DNA of 64,000 nucleotides from Pseudomonadota bacterium (GCA_018823285.1 JAHJIQ010000063.1:399-64398), one strand, 5' to 3'; positions 40,469 to 50,066 are shown, counted from the stretch's first letter. Notes: generated by a model from the sequence alone, not told the origin. Numbers and translations: made by a program.

Positions 40469-42045
40469 AGATAACCCATAAGATCCTTCTCGGCTTTACC
40501 CTGACCGTATTGCTGGCTGCGCTGATCTGTATCGGCGGTTTAGTGCATCTGGAAGAGGTTTCCGGGCAGTATGATCGGCAGGTGATGATAAACGCCCCGG
40601 TCATTGAGTCATTGCACGAGATCCTGGTCGCCGGATTACGGATTGTCGCCGCCTCCGCCGAGGTCAGGATGCTTCAGGAGCACGCGCATCAGCAGGGAGG
40701 GGAACTCAGAAACAGCATTATTGAAGGAGAGTTGAAGGAGCTGCGGGAAGGGTACCGGGAGATCTATGATTACCATGAAAAGTACTATGGACTGGTGCAT
40801 AAATATTTTCCAGGGAAAAGCACTCAGCAGGAAGAAGTTTCGGCTGCTGTCGAACGTCTGGTGAACAGCAGCGTCAACCTGGTTGATCCGAAAAACCAGG
40901 AAACCTCTCTGGAAATTCTGGAGTTGAAGGAGGAGCTTGAAGAAGCGGACGATGTCTTCATGAAGGTTTTGAACAGGGTAATCCTTGAAGAGGAAAAGGA
41001 ACAGGACGGGGAACAGGCGCTGCTCGTCGCCTCCTGCACCGGAGTGAAATCCATTCTGATCGGGCTTACATTTCTTGCGGCATTCGGCGCCGTTCTCTCT
41101 GTTTTCCTGATCCTGAGCTCTTTTCGGAGCGGGATTGCCGCTCTTGGTGAAGCATCGGAGAAAATCGCCAAGGGTGATTTTGCCCTCAATTTTGATGAAA
41201 AGCGGAATGATGAATTCGGAGTACTTGCCAATGATTTCAAAAAAATGGCGGAAGAGATTTCTTCGGCCAGGAACATCGCCGACTGGTCCCTGCTCAAGAT
41301 GGAGAAATATGCCGCCGACCTGAAAGCAAAAAGCAGGGAGTATGAAGAGTTTGTTTTTATTGCCTCCCACGATCTTCAGGAACCTCTCCGCAAGATCATG
41401 TCATATGCCTCACGGGTCAGGAAGGGGATCGCCGGAAAGGTTGAGGAAGAGTATGAAGATTATGTGACCAAGGCGATCGAGTTATCGGCCTATTTGCGGG
41501 AGAAGCTCGATATCCTCTCCGCGTATTCCAGAATCAATGCCAATGAAGAGGGATTCGCGAAAGTTGCGCTCAATGAGATTGTCACCAGTGTCGTTGAGCG
41601 CTTTCGGAGCAATTATGGCGGGGGTGATGTGGCTTTTGAACTCGATACATTGCCGGTGATTGACGGCAAGAGTGACCTGCTGGCAAAGATGTTTCACTGC
41701 CTGCTGGACAATTCTTTCAAGTACCGGGGTGACATTCCTCTGGAGATCAGGGTTGCGGCAGATGTTCTGGAGCAGGAAAACTATTGCCGGATCGTATTTG
41801 AAGACAACGGGAAGGGGTTTGAGCAGAAGTATGCCGGAAAGATATTCCGGGTCTTCCACAGTCTTGACGATAAAAAAATCGGTGGTCTCGGCATGGGGCT
41901 CGCGATTGTCAAAAAGATTGTCGAGGTGCATGGCGGGAGCATCAGCGCTGAATCAACCCCCGGTAACGGCGCACGTTTTATCCTAGTTTTTCCGATCCGC
42001 CAGACTGGAAGGAACAGCATTTTCAGCGCTATGGAAGCGGGTTGA
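40465..42045 (+). CDS. Sensor histidine kinase (helical periplasmic sensor, HAMP, HisKA, HATPase)
   Basis: RNDEFGVLANDF, ASHDLQEPLRK, DNGKGF and GLGMGLAIV; GTG start overlaps the upstream stop. Confidence 0.93.
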   Translation: MKITHKILLGFTLTVLLAALICIGGLVHLEEVSGQYDRQVMINAPVIESLHEILVAGLRIVAASAEVRMLQEHAHQQGGELRNSIIEGELKELREGYREIYDYHEKYYGLVHKYFPGKSTQQEEVSAAVERLVNSSVNLVDPKNQETSLEILELKEELEEADDVFMKVLNRVILEEEKEQDGEQALLVASCTGVKSILIGLTFLAAFGAVLSVFLILSSFRSGIAALGEASEKIAKGDFALNFDEKRNDEFGVLANDFKKMAEEISSARNIADWSLLKMEKYAADLKAKSREYEEFVFIASHDLQEPLRKIMSYASRVRKGIAGKVEEEYEDYVTKAIELSAYLREKLDILSAYSRINANEEGFAKVALNEIVTSVVERFRSNYGGGDVAFELDTLPVIDGKSDLLAKMFHCLLDNSFKYRGDIPLEIRVAADVLEQENYCRIVFEDNGKGFEQKYAGKIFRVFHSLDDKKIGGLGMGLAIVKKIVEVHGGSISAESTPGNGARFILVFPIRQTGRNSIFSAMEAG

Positions 42046-42153
42046 TTGTTTGAAAACGTGATGGCGGTTCTTTTTTACTGTTTATTGTGCGCGGTATTTT
42101 CATATAATGACTGTAATGATTATTAATGACCAGAAACGGGGCCCTAATTACTG

Positions 42154-42654
42154 ATGAACCAGAACATTGAGAAGCTGCTGGAACTGAGAGAACTTATGGA
42201 GAAAGAACGGATGAGTCTGACGATCCTGATGGCAGATGATGATGAAGATGACCGCCTGATGACCAAGGAGGCTCTTGAAGAAGCCAAACTGGCCAATGCG
42301 ATCCGCTTCGTTGAAGATGGAGAGGCGTTGATGGATTACCTGAAAAGACGTGGTGAGTACAGCGACCCTGAGCTGTCACCCCGGCCCGGGTTGATCCTGC
42401 TGGATCTCAACATGCCCAAGAAAAGCGGCCGTGAGGCCCTTGAGGAAATCAAGAGCGATCCCGAACTTCGTTCAATTCCGATTGTGGTGATGACCACATC
42501 CAGGGCGGAAGAGGATGTGATCCGTTCCTATGACCTGGGAGTGAATTCCTTTGTCACCAAACCGGTCTCATTTGTCGGGCTGGTCGATGTCATGAAAACA
42601 TTGACCAAGTTCTGGTTTGAAATCGTTACCCTCCCGCCAAAAGATAGCGCTTGA
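42154..42654 (+). CDS. Single-domain response regulator, Rcp1-like
   Basis: ADDDEDD, LLDLNMP, TTS and NSFVTKP. Confidence 0.95.
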   Translation: MNQNIEKLLELRELMEKERMSLTILMADDDEDDRLMTKEALEEAKLANAIRFVEDGEALMDYLKRRGEYSDPELSPRPGLILLDLNMPKKSGREALEEIKSDPELRSIPIVVMTTSRAEEDVIRSYDLGVNSFVTKPVSFVGLVDVMKTLTKFWFEIVTLPPKDSA

Positions 42655-44378
42655 TGGATAAAACGTCCCTGGCGATCCTGGTAATCGATGATGATGAGGA
42701 TGATTACATCCTCGCCAGTGATCTACTTTCTGAAATAGAAGGGATGTCCGTCACCACCGAATGGATCCCCACCTTCGACGAGGGTCTCGCGACGATCAAG
42801 GAAGATCGCCACGACATCTATCTTCTTGACTACCGGCTGGGCAGCCGTGACGGTCTGCAGCTTTTGAACGAGGCCATCGCCTTCGGCTGCACCTCGCCAC
42901 TCATTCTACTTACCGGCCAGGGTGATCGGGAAGTCGATGTGAAGGCGATGGAGGCGGGGGCTGCCGATTTCCTGGTCAAGGGGCAGATCTCTTCCCAGAT
43001 GCTGGAACGCTCGATCCGGTACTCTCTCGACCGCTCGAAAACCCGGGAAAAGTTGTCTCATCTTGCCCAGTATGACGAATTGACCGGCCTTCCCAACCGC
43101 AATCTTTTCCACGACCGCCTGGAAAAAGCAATTTCCGTGGCCCAGAGTAAATCCAACCGGCTGGCGCTTCTTTTTCTCGATCTGGACCGGTTCAAACTGG
43201 TGAACGACACCTACGGTCATGATGCCGGAGACCAGCTTCTGAAGGATTTCAGCGCCCGGATAAGTCGTTGTATCCGCGAGGTAGACATGGCCGCGAGACT
43301 TGGCGGCGATGAATTTGTGATCATTCTCGGTGAGATCGATGACAGCAGGAGCGCGGTGGCGGTTGCCGAGAGAATTATTCACGCCATGAAGCCGCCATGT
43401 GTTCTTACCGGTAAAGATCTTGCCGGCCAGGAAATCCAGCCTTGTACAAGCATCGGGATCGCCATCTATCCCTTCGACGGCACCAATGGAGAGAGCCTGT
43501 TGAAAAGTGCCGACACGGCCATGTACCGGGCGAAAAACACCGAAGGAAGTTGTTACGAGTTCTATTCCGAAGATAATAATGACGGGACGAAATCCAGTAG
43601 TTTTGAAGTGTCCAGCGGTCTGCACCGGGCCCAGGAGCGGGATGAGTTCTTTCTGGAATATCAGCCGATATACACCATCGAGGGAGAGCCGTCATGTATT
43701 GAGGCGTTACTGAGATGGAAACGTGATCAGGGCGAACAGGTGGTGATGCCCGGAAGTTTTCTGCCGGTTCTGGAAGAGACCGGGATGATTATCTCGGTGG
43801 GAGAATGGATTCTTGAATCAGCCTGTAATCAGTTGCTGCGCCTGAAAGAACGAGGCCTTGCCGACATGCGGCTCTCAGTGAATTTTTCCGCCAGGCAGCT
43901 CCGCCAGCCCGGTGTGGTGGACATGATTTCAAGGATCATTGCTTCACAGGGGATAAAATCCCACCTGCTGGATATCGAGATTACCGAAGACTCGATGATG
44001 CATCACTACCAGGATAATATCGAAATTTTCAAGCGGTTGTGTGACATCGGAGTAGGTCTTTCCCTGGATGATTTCGGGACCGGCCATTCTTCTTTGAGCA
44101 GCCTGAAGCATTTCCCGATCAGCCGGCTGAAAATTGCCCGCGCCTTTATTGCCAATGTCATGGAGGTGGAAAGTGACGCGGCCATCAGCAGAGCCATTAT
44201 CTCACTGGCCCATAACCTGAAGATGAAGGTGGTTGCGGTCGGGGTTGAATCAGAAGGACAGCTTGAATTTCTTAAAAATGCCGAATGTGATGAGGTCCAG
44301 GGTCGTTATTTTTCCCCGCCGGTGGTCGCTGAATTGCTGGAAGAGCTGCTTATTGGTAAAGAAAAGATGGCCCAGTGA
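42651..44378 (+). CDS. REC-GGDEF-EAL protein (intact GGDEF, degenerate EAL)
   Basis: LLDYRL receiver, REVD I-site, RLGGDEF, IEALLRW and DDFGTGHSS; KIA and AVGVE replace KID and AEGVE. Confidence 0.95.
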   Translation: MMDKTSLAILVIDDDEDDYILASDLLSEIEGMSVTTEWIPTFDEGLATIKEDRHDIYLLDYRLGSRDGLQLLNEAIAFGCTSPLILLTGQGDREVDVKAMEAGAADFLVKGQISSQMLERSIRYSLDRSKTREKLSHLAQYDELTGLPNRNLFHDRLEKAISVAQSKSNRLALLFLDLDRFKLVNDTYGHDAGDQLLKDFSARISRCIREVDMAARLGGDEFVIILGEIDDSRSAVAVAERIIHAMKPPCVLTGKDLAGQEIQPCTSIGIAIYPFDGTNGESLLKSADTAMYRAKNTEGSCYEFYSEDNNDGTKSSSFEVSSGLHRAQERDEFFLEYQPIYTIEGEPSCIEALLRWKRDQGEQVVMPGSFLPVLEETGMIISVGEWILESACNQLLRLKERGLADMRLSVNFSARQLRQPGVVDMISRIIASQGIKSHLLDIEITEDSMMHHYQDNIEIFKRLCDIGVGLSLDDFGTGHSSLSSLKHFPISRLKIARAFIANVMEVESDAAISRAIISLAHNLKMKVVAVGVESEGQLEFLKNAECDEVQGRYFSPPVVAELLEELLIGKEKMAQ

Positions 44379-44383
44379 AGATC

Positions 44384-44697
44384 TTAACTTTCTGGCTTGC
44401 CTTAAGATATTGGTTTGCTGTCATAAAATGATCCCAAGTCATGGCTGCATTCCATGATTTAGAATCCAGAATCCAGAAGTCAGGAGCCAGAATGACTGAT
44501 TTCACCCTTCGGGCATAAGTCTCGATGTCTCACAAGTTCGCTTATCGGTAAGAGCAGGCAAGCTGCTCAACTCAGCTTTATTTAAGCTTTTCTCCTGGCT
44601 TCTGACTCCTGGCTTCTGACTACTTGCGGGATACAGGCACGAAAAAATCGCCAAAACCCCTTTATTATCGGCAGATTAACCTAACCCAGAAAGTTGA
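44384..44697 (-). mobile_element. MITE-like element, copy B (314 bp, including an ~80-bp internal insertion)
   Basis: Reverse complement of copy C. TIR matches 11/12. Perfect 9-bp direct repeat GTGAAGATC at 44375-44383 and 44698-44706. Confidence 0.9.
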
Positions 44698-44706
44698 GTG
44701 AAGATC

Positions 44707-45912
44707 TTAAGCATTCAGCATCCTTGCCACCCGGCTCAGGATAATATCCGCCACCTCAGTCTTGTTCATCAAGGGCAGTTTTTCCGCAGCACCGTTCCGG
44801 TCGAGGAGCATGATCCTGTTGGTGTCAACTGCAAAACCTGCGTCTTCGGCGGTAATATCGTTGACCGCCAGCAGGTCAAGGTTTTTGTCCGCAAGTTTTC
44901 GTAAACCCTCTTCCAGCAGATCATGACTCTCCGCAGCAAATCCGACCAGCAGTGGAAACCGTTTCTGTTCTTTTTTCATCTTGCCGAGGGTCAGCAGTAT
45001 ATCCTGGTTGACGGCAAGCGGCAGAGCAAGATCCGCTCCGGATTTTTTCATTTTCAGGTCGCAGCGTTTTTCCGGACGGAAGTCTGAGACTGCGGCAGCC
45101 TTGATGATCACATCAGAAGAAGTCGCATGGTTGAAAATTTCATCCGCCATTTCAGTGGCGGTGTTGACCCGAATCGTTTCGACGCCTGCCGGATCTGCGA
45201 GGGAGACCGGGCCGCTCACCAGCACAACCTCCGCGCCACGTCGTCTGGCGGCAGCTGCCAGGGCGAAACCCATCTTGCCGCTGGACCGGTTGCCGAGATA
45301 TCTGACCGGATCGAGGGGTTCGCGGGTAGGGCCGGCGCTGATCAGAATCTTTCGTCCGGCCAGGTCCTGCTTCGACAAGGCAGAAAGCACTCCATCAAAA
45401 ACCCGCGGCCATTCCGCAAGTCGTCCCGGTCCTTCCTCATTACAGGCGAGATTGCCGCAGTCCGGTTCAATGACGGTATAACCGAATTCTTTAAGTTTAT
45501 GTAAGTTTGCCTGGGTTGCCGGGTGAAGAAACATTCTGCTGTTCATCGCCGGGCAGACCAGTATTGGGGAATCCGCAGCAAGAACGGCAGCCGAGAGCAG
45601 CTCGTCAGCCATTCCATGGGCGAGACGGGCAATGGTCTGGGCGGTTGCCGGCCCGATCAGCAGCAGGTCTGCTTCACGGGCCAAGTTGATATGGGGGATT
45701 TTCTCGGCATCATCAGGATCGAACATCCCCTCATGCACCTTGTTGCCGGAAAGAGCTGCAAAGGTGAGAGGGGAAACAAACCTGGTTGCGTCACGGGTCA
45801 TGATCACCTTGACATCAGCACCGGCACGCCGCAGTTCCCGTACCCAGTCGGCAACCTTGTACACGGCAATACTGCCGCTGATCCCGAGAAGTATTTTTTT
45901 GTCTTTCAACAC
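44707..45912 (-). CDS. coaBC: Phosphopantothenoylcysteine decarboxylase/ligase
   Basis: GISGSIAVYK, CPAMN, GPGRL, DPVRYLGNRSSGKMG, AAVSDF and VGFAAE. Confidence 0.97.
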   Translation of the reverse strand: MLKDKKILLGISGSIAVYKVADWVRELRRAGADVKVIMTRDATRFVSPLTFAALSGNKVHEGMFDPDDAEKIPHINLAREADLLLIGPATAQTIARLAHGMADELLSAAVLAADSPILVCPAMNSRMFLHPATQANLHKLKEFGYTVIEPDCGNLACNEEGPGRLAEWPRVFDGVLSALSKQDLAGRKILISAGPTREPLDPVRYLGNRSSGKMGFALAAAARRRGAEVVLVSGPVSLADPAGVETIRVNTATEMADEIFNHATSSDVIIKAAAVSDFRPEKRCDLKMKKSGADLALPLAVNQDILLTLGKMKKEQKRFPLLVGFAAESHDLLEEGLRKLADKNLDLLAVNDITAEDAGFAVDTNRIMLLDRNGAAEKLPLMNKTEVADIILSRVARMLNA

Positions 45913-45931
45913 TTTATCGGCCGCAGGGACT

Positions 45932-46408
45932 TCAGTTTTTATGGGTGATATAGATTACGATTTCTGTTTTTCCGAGGGTGTAGCCTTCGAATATCCTGAT
46001 CAGGCAGGAACCGTTTTCTTTCACAAAGGCGAGCATGACATCCTTCGCCTTGATCGAGCCGGTCATTTCCCAGCCATCCTTTTTCATGCTGTTGATGAAA
46101 AAATCGGTGAGGGAGTTTACTTCCACCCGACCCGCAAAATTTAAAATCCCGCCGCTGAAAGAGGCCGTATTAATGGACATGCTTTTTTCACGGTTCCAGA
46201 TAAGTTCCCCGGGGATCAGGAGGTCTTTGTAATCGACAGGATAATACGGTTCGTTCTGGATAGCAGTTTCCTTGACTGCAGTTTCATGTCCGTCTTCGGA
46301 TCCGGTTGTGGCCCCGGTGTGCATACACCCGGAAAGAGTGATGAATGCCGCCAGGCAGAGAGTCAACCAAAAGAGATGTTTTGCTTGTGCGTTAATTTTT
46401 GTTTTCAT
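45932..46408 (-). CDS. Hypothetical lipoprotein
   Basis: GGAGG RBS before ATG 46408; lipobox LSGC. Confidence 0.8.
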   Translation of the reverse strand: MKTKINAQAKHLFWLTLCLAAFITLSGCMHTGATTGSEDGHETAVKETAIQNEPYYPVDYKDLLIPGELIWNREKSMSINTASFSGGILNFAGRVEVNSLTDFFINSMKKDGWEMTGSIKAKDVMLAFVKENGSCLIRIFEGYTLGKTEIVIYITHKN

Positions 46409-46929
46409 CAATTGTCCTCCATAATTTCTTTTATAATAACATCGTGAATTTCTTTTCTGCTCGATGACTGATCGTGACCGGCAGGATAGCCTGTGGCCAG
46501 AACTGCCATCAGATCGAACTGTTCGGAAAGACCAAGAACCCGGTTTACCTGTTCCTTCCGGTTGAGTATTTCTCCAAGCCATACCGCGCCCAGTCCAAGG
46601 GCCTCTGTCGCCAGGAGCATGTTCTGGATACAGGCGCCTGCCGCCTGGTGGTCTTTGACTTCGTTGTACATGGCATCCGTATCAAGAAAAACGGCGATCA
46701 GGGCCGGGGCCGACCTGATGATATGGCTGTAGCGCGTCTGTTCTGCAAGCGCGAGGCGTGTGGAACGGTCGCAGATAATCACAAATCGCCATGGTTGATT
46801 GTTGAGACCGGAGGGTGCCCAGGTGCCGGCCCGGACAATTTCCCGTAAATCATCAACCGCGACCTGGCGGTCTGTGAAATCCCTGATGCTTCGTCTTTTA
46901 TATATGGCTTCCAGAACCTGACTGCCCAT
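46408..46929 (-). CDS. Nitroreductase family protein
   Basis: KRRSIRDF, APSGLNNQPWRF and GLGAVWLG. Start moved to ATG 46929. Confidence 0.93.
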   Translation of the reverse strand: MGSQVLEAIYKRRSIRDFTDRQVAVDDLREIVRAGTWAPSGLNNQPWRFVIICDRSTRLALAEQTRYSHIIRSAPALIAVFLDTDAMYNEVKDHQAAGACIQNMLLATEALGLGAVWLGEILNRKEQVNRVLGLSEQFDLMAVLATGYPAGHDQSSSRKEIHDVIIKEIMEDN

Positions 46930-47116
46930 GAAATTGCACCTGCCTGAAAAGTGAAGAGACTGTTCTTTTCGTGGGCCTATAATATAAGAAATATTCATAA
47001 ACTGCAAAGAAAGCAGAAGATATATCCGGTCAACGGCACTATATCAATGGCTTAAAATTGGATCGTTGCGGCAGACGGCAATATCTGTTAGATGATGGCG
47101 TGAGGTGATCCGGAGA

Positions 47117-47950
47117 ATGTCGAAGAAAAGAAAAATTGAGTACCCGCAGCTTGCTGCAGGCTCCGAACTTGTAGATACCCACTGTCATCTTGATATGGCG
47201 CCATATCATGACGATCTTGACGATGTGCTCGAAACCGCCAGGCGGCACGGGGTGAGAAGGGTCATTACGGTAGGCATTGATGCGGAAAGCTCTGCGCGGG
47301 CGGTCGGGCTGGCCGAAAAATATCCGAACGTGTATGCAACGGTTGGTGCGCATCCGCATCATGCCGCAGAGCTTGATGAAGATGTTTACCGAACTCTGGC
47401 AGGACTTGCGCAACATCCAAAGGTGGTCGCCTACGGAGAGATCGGAATTGACCTGTTTCACAATTTTTCCCCGCCGGATGTCCAGAGGGAGCATTTTTCC
47501 CGGCAGGTGAAACTGGCCATCGACTTGAAACTGCCCGTGATCATTCATGACCGTGATGCGCACCTTGAGGTCATGGATATTCTGGAAAGTGCGGCGCCCT
47601 TTCCCGCAGGAGGCGTCATGCACTGCTTTTCCGGAGATCGAGATCTCGCGGCAAGGGTTGTTGCATTAGGATTTCACATCTCCATCCCGGGGGTTGTGAC
47701 CTTTAAAAAATCGGAAATCCTGCAGGAAGCCGTTTGCAGAATCCCTCCGGCATCATTGCTTCTGGAAACGGACGGACCCTATCTGGCGCCGGAACCCCGC
47801 CGCGGCAGGCGAAATGAACCGGCCTTTCTTCTTTTTACAGCGGCCAGGGTGGCTGAACTGAAGGGTGTTTCACTGGATGATCTTGCCGCAATCACAACGG
47901 CCAACGCCGAGAAACTGTTTTCTTTGCCGCCGCTCGGTAAAGAAGTCTGA
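47117..47950 (+). CDS. tatD: TatD family hydrolase
   Basis: DTHCH, GAHPH, GEIGID, IHDR, MHCFSG and ETDGPYLAP. Confidence 0.95.
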   Translation: MSKKRKIEYPQLAAGSELVDTHCHLDMAPYHDDLDDVLETARRHGVRRVITVGIDAESSARAVGLAEKYPNVYATVGAHPHHAAELDEDVYRTLAGLAQHPKVVAYGEIGIDLFHNFSPPDVQREHFSRQVKLAIDLKLPVIIHDRDAHLEVMDILESAAPFPAGGVMHCFSGDRDLAARVVALGFHISIPGVVTFKKSEILQEAVCRIPPASLLLETDGPYLAPEPRRGRRNEPAFLLFTAARVAELKGVSLDDLAAITTANAEKLFSLPPLGKEV

Positions 47951-48069
47951 ACATGTGGAACATGCGCCAGCGGTCTCGGGAAGTTTAGCGCAGTGCTCAA
48001 AAGAGCGCACAGCCCATTGATTGCCGGCGCAAGCATGCATCTGTTCGGGAGTGTTCAGGGAAAGGACAT

Positions 48070-48756
48070 ATGATCAAAGAGAATCTTGAAAAGATCAGGG
48101 AAAGAATCGGGGTTGCTGCACGCAGAGTTGGTCGTTCTCCGGAAGAAGTCAGGCTTGTCGCGGTCAGCAAGAGAAAGCCCCCTGAGCTTATTCATGAAGC
48201 GTATGACTGCGGTCAGGAAATTTTTGCTGAAAACTATTTTCAGGAAGCGCGTGAAAAGATCGAGATCCTCAATCGGAATCTGCAATGGCACTTCATCGGT
48301 CATCTTCAATCAAACAAGGCCGCCGCTGCCGCAACACTCTTTGACATGATCGAGACCGTCGACCGGCTCAAACTTGCCGGGATTCTCGATAAAAGCCTTG
48401 AAGAAAAGAATAGAATCCTGCCGGTTCTGGTTCAGGTCAATATCGGTGACGAACCCCAGAAATCCGGGATAAAACCGGAAGATGCGGAAGCGTTTTTCAG
48501 GGAACTTAACAATTTTACCAGGTTGCAGGTCAAGGGGCTGATGATCATGCCGCCCTACAGTGACGATGCCGAATCGTCTCGGCCATATTTCAGGGCGGCC
48601 CGGGAGTTGGCTGAAAAGCTTGTCCGCAAAGGGCTTCTTGGCAGGGAAGGTGCTGTGGAACTTTCCATGGGAATGTCGGCCGATTACGAGGTGGCCATTG
48701 AGGAGGGTGCAACGTTGGTCAGGGTGGGCACCGCTCTGTTCGGATCCAGGAATTAG
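48070..48756 (+). CDS. yggS: PLP homeostasis protein
   Basis: VAVSK, ENYFQE, HFIGHLQSNK, SMGMSADY and VRVGTALFG. Confidence 0.97.
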   Translation: MIKENLEKIRERIGVAARRVGRSPEEVRLVAVSKRKPPELIHEAYDCGQEIFAENYFQEAREKIEILNRNLQWHFIGHLQSNKAAAAATLFDMIETVDRLKLAGILDKSLEEKNRILPVLVQVNIGDEPQKSGIKPEDAEAFFRELNNFTRLQVKGLMIMPPYSDDAESSRPYFRAARELAEKLVRKGLLGREGAVELSMGMSADYEVAIEEGATLVRVGTALFGSRN

Positions 48757-48795
48757 TTCGGGTTTCCCGGTGAAAGATGCATTTCGGGCGAGGCT

Positions 48796-49764
48796 TTATT
48801 TGACCCCGGAAGTCAGGTATTCGTGGAGTTTTTTGAAGTTGCAGCCGTAAGCGTTGATCTTTTCCTTCTTGCCTTTCAGATCGAATGAGCGACGGGTAAA
48901 ATATCCCTGCAAATCCTTGAGATGCTGAGCCGTTCCTTCGCCAAGAAGAATATCCAGTTCATTGCGGATGGTATTGGCTTCCAGCCTGAAAGCCACATTC
49001 ACCACATCACCGATCACTGTCGAATCGCGATGGCTGTCGACTCCCATGTTGCCCATCATTGCTTCACCGGTATTGATGGCGGCTCCGATGGCAAGCTCTT
49101 TGGGCATTTCCGGGATATTCTCGCCCATTTTTCTGGTGTAGACACTGATCTCCATGGCCGCTTCAATGGCGTGCCGGATTCCTTTGTCAATATCGCCGCC
49201 GATCCAGGTGGCCATGACCGCATCGCCAATGAATTTATCAACGAGTCCGTCATGTTCATTGATGATTGCGCCAACCTTTTTGGTCCAGAACTGCAGAAGT
49301 TTCGAGACAATCTGGTTGCCCATGCTTTCGGAAAGACTTGTGAAATCACGGAGGTCGCAGACCAGGATAGTGACCATTTCTTTCTGAATATAGGCTACGG
49401 TCATGTCGAGAGTGACATCTTCCTCCTCGACATATTCCCGTTGCTCCAGAAACTGGACAAATTTAAGCTTGGTCTTGCCCAGAGTTATCGCATCACCGTT
49501 GTTGAGGATAGCGGGCGAATAAATACGCTTGTTGTTGAGGTAAGTGCCGTTGGAACTACCAAGATCCATGATATGGAAAATGCCGTTTTTTTCCTGCTGG
49601 ACCAAGGTGTGTTTGCGGGAGACCCAGGAGTAGGGCAGGATGATATCATTACCTGGACCACGTCCGATCTTGAAGGTGTTTTTTCCCTTCAGGTTCCAGA
49701 TGTTTTTCGGAGACTTGCTGGTGTCAAGTTCCTGAAGAACTGCCTGTTCTGAACTATCGGACAT
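48796..49764 (-). CDS. FHA domain plus class III adenylate/guanylate cyclase
   Basis: FHA: IGRG, VSRKH, SSNGT. Cyclase: CDLRDFT, KFIGDAVM, VIGDVVNVAFRLE. Confidence 0.92.
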   Translation of the reverse strand: MSDSSEQAVLQELDTSKSPKNIWNLKGKNTFKIGRGPGNDIILPYSWVSRKHTLVQQEKNGIFHIMDLGSSNGTYLNNKRIYSPAILNNGDAITLGKTKLKFVQFLEQREYVEEEDVTLDMTVAYIQKEMVTILVCDLRDFTSLSESMGNQIVSKLLQFWTKKVGAIINEHDGLVDKFIGDAVMATWIGGDIDKGIRHAIEAAMEISVYTRKMGENIPEMPKELAIGAAINTGEAMMGNMGVDSHRDSTVIGDVVNVAFRLEANTIRNELDILLGEGTAQHLKDLQGYFTRRSFDLKGKKEKINAYGCNFKKLHEYLTSGVK

Positions 49765-49850
49765 AATAGTGTCGGATCGCCATGCAAATAGTTACGCCGG
49801 CGAAAAATATCAATCTGCCGGCAGCCTTAACCCTGGAATGTTCAGAAGGG

Positions 49851-50066
49851 TTATTTCAACAGGGCCAGTATTTCCTCAGGGCTCGGGAACCTGTCTGCTT
49901 TTTTTTTGGAAAAAATTTCTGCTCCATCCCTGCTGACTTCAAAAACACCGCCTGATCCTTTTACAAGCTCAATTTCTGCATCAAGGTTTCTTTTGATCTC
50001 CTCTCCCAGACCGGAAGCACGAGGCAAATAGTTTCATTGCACACAATACTCTATTGTAATTTTCAA
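49851..50066 (-). CDS. Rdx (SelW/SelT/SelH) family selenoprotein, 71 aa, absent from the ORF track
   Basis: TTG start after a GGAGGG RBS gives MKITIEYCVQ(TGA)NYLPRASGLGEEIKRNLDAEIELVKGSGGVFEVSRDGAEIFSKKKADRFPSPEEILALLK. It has a CxxU motif and the GxFEV/SK/RFP family motifs. Confidence 0.9.
49998..50036 (-). promoter_or_regulatory. Bacterial SECIS element
   Basis: The CTTCC-GGTCT-GGGAG hairpin loop starts 21 nt after the in-frame TGA. The loop sequence resembles the E. coli fdhF SECIS apex. Confidence 0.75.

Noticed and set aside
38285-42654. Bacteriophytochrome system (Cph1/Rcp1-like kinase and regulator)
   Set aside because: The H-box and receiver resemble that subfamily, but neither kinase has a PAS-GAF-PHY photosensory module.
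49882-49907. A9 run in the selenoprotein gene as a frameshift site
   Set aside because: The run is in frame (Lys-Lys-Lys), and the family motif RFP follows without any shift.
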